Below, piece after piece: positions 61,292 to 64,000 of a stretch of 64,000 bases of DNA. Position 1 is the stretch's first letter. Each line of letters begins with the position of its first letter. Origin of the DNA: Sulfolobales archaeon HS-7. Lineage in GTDB: Archaea; Thermoproteota; Thermoprotei_A; Sulfolobales; Sulfolobaceae. A program made the position numbers and the translations under genes. The notes below the pieces were generated by a model. It was not told the DNA's origin. It made no database searches and saw nothing but the letters and a program-made list of their open reading frames with translations. The DNA lies in NCBI GenBank assembly GCA_019704295.1, contig AP024596.1, positions 416,001-480,000 on the forward strand. The letters are read 5' to 3'.

Positions 61292-63070
61292 TTAGGAGGA
61301 TATAGACACTGGAACAATTTGCATACTTGCGTAGGAGTAATATCCTGCTGAATCGCTAATGCTTGGAGATATTGCTAAAGCGTTAAAGCTCGCCATATAC
61401 CCCTTACCGTTTGTTAGTGAGACCGCTGTTAGAACTTTATGATTACTTGCGTAGTTATTAGTTAGTGCAACTAGCAAAGCTCCTCCATAACTATTAATGA
61501 TTTCCAAAATACCAGCAAATCCACCCTTCGCGTAAAGCGACTCCCTAACCACTCTCGTCACATTATAGCCGTTAAATATCGACATGTAGTTAACGTAAAA
61601 ACCGAGACGTATACTACCATTTTGTAAATAAGACGCATTGAATGGAATTACTTCCGGATTAGTAATCGGCACGACTATATCTGATATACTTCCAACAGTA
61701 GGATATGCCATTGATATACTTAACGAGGCATTATACATTCCGTAATCTGATGCAAACTCTGAAAAGTTCTCATTCATGATAAATTTCTCATAAATGTTGT
61801 TAAAAGTCTGATATGCGCTGAATAATCCCGATTGCGTCACGTTTGATATCTCCTTCCCGTGCATAAACTGCATGACGGAAATGTAGTGCAGATGATAACT
61901 CCCTCCCTCTTGATAATACTCCGCGTTTATCCCAGTGTTCAATATTGGAGTTGAGTCCATATATGAACTTTTGGCAGTCAATAACTTCCCTGAAACCATG
62001 GGATTGCTCGAGTTCACCCATAACATTAACACGCCTGATATACTCCAATCGTAAGCAGTTGAACCAGTTAGTTCATATGCTTCAAGGAGATTTGTCACAC
62101 ATATTGTTATATTAGCCTCATTACCTGTAACAAGTAAGGGAGTTAACTCAGCTACGTATTGATTGTGGAAGGAAAGCGTGTTTACTGATGGCATAGGTTT
62201 CCACCAGAATAAGTCTATTCCTCCCGTGTACAAAGTCTCATAAGGATTAACTACATCCGCTAAATATCCGTTATAATAGACCAGTACACTCCTTGTTGCC
62301 GGTTCATTAGTATACCAGAACTCATCGTTCCCTCCTCCTTCAGTATATATCATCATCTGGACCCTATAAGTTCCATTAGGAATTGAAACCATCGTTTGAT
62401 ACATGTCATTTAGAGGGTTAAAGGAGAGCAGGGACACACCAAATGCACCAGGAAGCGGAACGAAGTAGTTTGGTAGACCGGGAGGAACAGCGCCAGGATA
62501 TAAGTAGAGAGTAACGTTAACTAGATATATTCCCGTAACTCCTATTTTGAAGTCCTGATATGCTGGAAGGAATATCTCAAAAGTTGCATTTTGGAGAAGA
62601 AGGTTCTCAAACTCAGTCATATCGACGGATGCAGTCGAATTATTAATTTCCTGTGTGGAACCCCAGAATATAGGAACTCCGTCTAGAAATATATCAAATT
62701 GCCTATCATACTGCGTACCGTTAGTCTCCGAAACGGATACGTTCATAAGGATATAGCTGTAAGTTCCAGAAGGTATTGTAACTGAAACGTTGTAAGGAAT
62801 TGCTGGATTTTTAGAAATTACAGGAAAACTAACATTCTTAGCTACAACGACAACTTTAGGAGTAACGTTAGGTGGTACCGTTTTGTAAGCCTCGAAAGAG
62901 TAGAAAGTAGTTTTAACAGAGGACGGATCGTTATAAGTAGTATTGTACAATACCGGATGCTCAAGTCCATTTGGACTCTGGAATTGTGGTATAGTAATTG
63001 CGGACATACCTACTATTGAAAGCCCACTGACCAACACTAATACCAAAATTATTGTGGATACGAGTTTCAT
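61292..63070 (-). CDS. PNGase A-family (peptide-N4-asparagine amidase) secreted protein
   Basis: Signal peptide, GTQYDR, STQE, GGGNDEFWY, YTGGI..FWWKP. Confidence 0.85.
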   Translation of the reverse strand: MKLVSTIILVLVLVSGLSIVGMSAITIPQFQSPNGLEHPVLYNTTYNDPSSVKTTFYSFEAYKTVPPNVTPKVVVVAKNVSFPVISKNPAIPYNVSVTIPSGTYSYILMNVSVSETNGTQYDRQFDIFLDGVPIFWGSTQEINNSTASVDMTEFENLLLQNATFEIFLPAYQDFKIGVTGIYLVNVTLYLYPGAVPPGLPNYFVPLPGAFGVSLLSFNPLNDMYQTMVSIPNGTYRVQMMIYTEGGGNDEFWYTNEPATRSVLVYYNGYLADVVNPYETLYTGGIDLFWWKPMPSVNTLSFHNQYVAELTPLLVTGNEANITICVTNLLEAYELTGSTAYDWSISGVLMLWVNSSNPMVSGKLLTAKSSYMDSTPILNTGINAEYYQEGGSYHLHYISVMQFMHGKEISNVTQSGLFSAYQTFNNIYEKFIMNENFSEFASDYGMYNASLSISMAYPTVGSISDIVVPITNPEVIPFNASYLQNGSIRLGFYVNYMSIFNGYNVTRVVRESLYAKGGFAGILEIINSYGGALLVALTNNYASNHKVLTAVSLTNGKGYMASFNALAISPSISDSAGYYSYASMQIVPVSISS

Positions 63071-64000
63071 TTCTTTCCACCCCTTACAAAGATTAGTATT
63101 ACAGCTATTATAGCTATTACTAGCGCTACTATAGATAAATATTCTGATACATTAACCTTTCCGCTCAGTGAAGAAAGTGAAGTGGTAAGAGAATGTACCG
63201 CGTTAGATATTACGAAATCGTGATAGCTGTTATAAAATGTTAGATTTCCAATGTAACTCAGTCCGTCACTTACGTCCACGTGTATTACATAAGCCCCGTC
63301 GGGAGTCGACGATGAGTTAAACGGTATAGTAATCACGTATCCGCTTGACGTAGGAGTTAATTTGTACGTTACAGGAACATCATCTATAGTTACGTTAATC
63401 ACCTTAAGTTGTTGCCCTGACACCGATATATTAACCTCATTTTGAGTAGTAATGTTAGGAGTCAAGACCGTAAAGGTAGGGGCAGGTATCAACGATAACG
63501 TCTTTGTATCCACAGAAACAGCCTTCATATAAACCATCGAGGAACTTTGGTTAAACGCGTATTCTGAACTGGAAATTACGTCCTGGCTCAAATATGCATC
63601 GCTATTAACTAATGTTAATGCTACCTTTGAGCCTCCTAGAGAACTCGAAGTTATAGTAATGTTAGAATTAACGGCGTAAATTTGCACTATAGAGGACGTA
63701 CTTATAGTAACATTAGAGTTCTCTATGACGAGCTGAGTAACGGTATCTCCAGTTAATGTAGTGGAGTTCATGTCCTGAATTATCATTTCAGGAGAGTAAA
63801 TCCCAGATATCATGTTACCAGCCACAAACGGCATTGACTCATTTGTTGGAGTGATGGTAACCTTTCCTACATCGGTATAAGGTTCCACATAGAAACTAGT
63901 GTTCCCAACAATATTTGCCCCATTACTTCCGCTTCCAGCAACTATTACCTCCCACGGTCCAGACAGATACGATGGGGGAAGTCCTTCGTATATCGACTCG
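63067..64000 (-). CDS. C-terminal part of a large membrane-anchored surface protein, probably an S53-type protease (5' end outside window)
   Basis: Frame is open to the window edge (ESIYEGLPPSYLSGPWEVIVAG...); C-terminal TM plus GGKK; 4-nt overlap with the PNGase gene; catalytic domain not visible. Confidence 0.6.
   Translation of the reverse strand, partial: ESIYEGLPPSYLSGPWEVIVAGSGSNGANIVGNTSFYVEPYTDVGKVTITPTNESMPFVAGNMISGIYSPEMIIQDMNSTTLTGDTVTQLVIENSNVTISTSSIVQIYAVNSNITITSSSLGGSKVALTLVNSDAYLSQDVISSSEYAFNQSSSMVYMKAVSVDTKTLSLIPAPTFTVLTPNITTQNEVNISVSGQQLKVINVTIDDVPVTYKLTPTSSGYVITIPFNSSSTPDGAYVIHVDVSDGLSYIGNLTFYNSYHDFVISNAVHSLTTSLSSLSGKVNVSEYLSIVALVIAIIAVILIFVRGGKK

Overview
A roughly 40% GC archaeal chromosome segment that looks like Sulfolobales. 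Support: DoxD/DoxA thiosulfate:quinone oxidoreductase, CutA-type Mo-hydroxylases, an Agl24-like glycosyltransferase, Rpp21, a PibD-like peptidase, a PNGase A-like protein, leaderless genes with TATA boxes, and a tRNA without encoded CCA. Most of the window is dense, ordinary housekeeping and transport content: icd, pyk, a CoA-transferase, moaB, MFS/ABC transporters, an acyl-CoA cluster, nfo, a DEAD helicase and tRNA-Ala. The unexplained structure lies mainly in the intergenic DNA. (1) Four protein-less, structured cassettes resemble IS200/IS605/IS607 ends plus the tnpB 3' (omegaRNA) region, three of them with their own TATA box. (2) Several small MITE-like families occur, including a ~130-bp element in at least three full copies and a ~137-bp derivative of the broken ISH3-type IS. 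(3) A decayed integration hotspot at tRNA-Ala holds an SSV-type intN relic, an IS, vapBC and a MITE. (4) A 17-aa Lys/Glu microprotein has a full promoter and SD. (5) There are candidate structured RNAs and operators. Unusual coding features include convergent CoA-transferase subunits, an orphan type III-like Mod methyltransferase, three apparent pseudoenzymes or altered enzymes, a minimal HerA-like ATPase, and an AT-rich secreted protein plus membrane partner. All family calls come from motif recognition by eye; no database searches were run.
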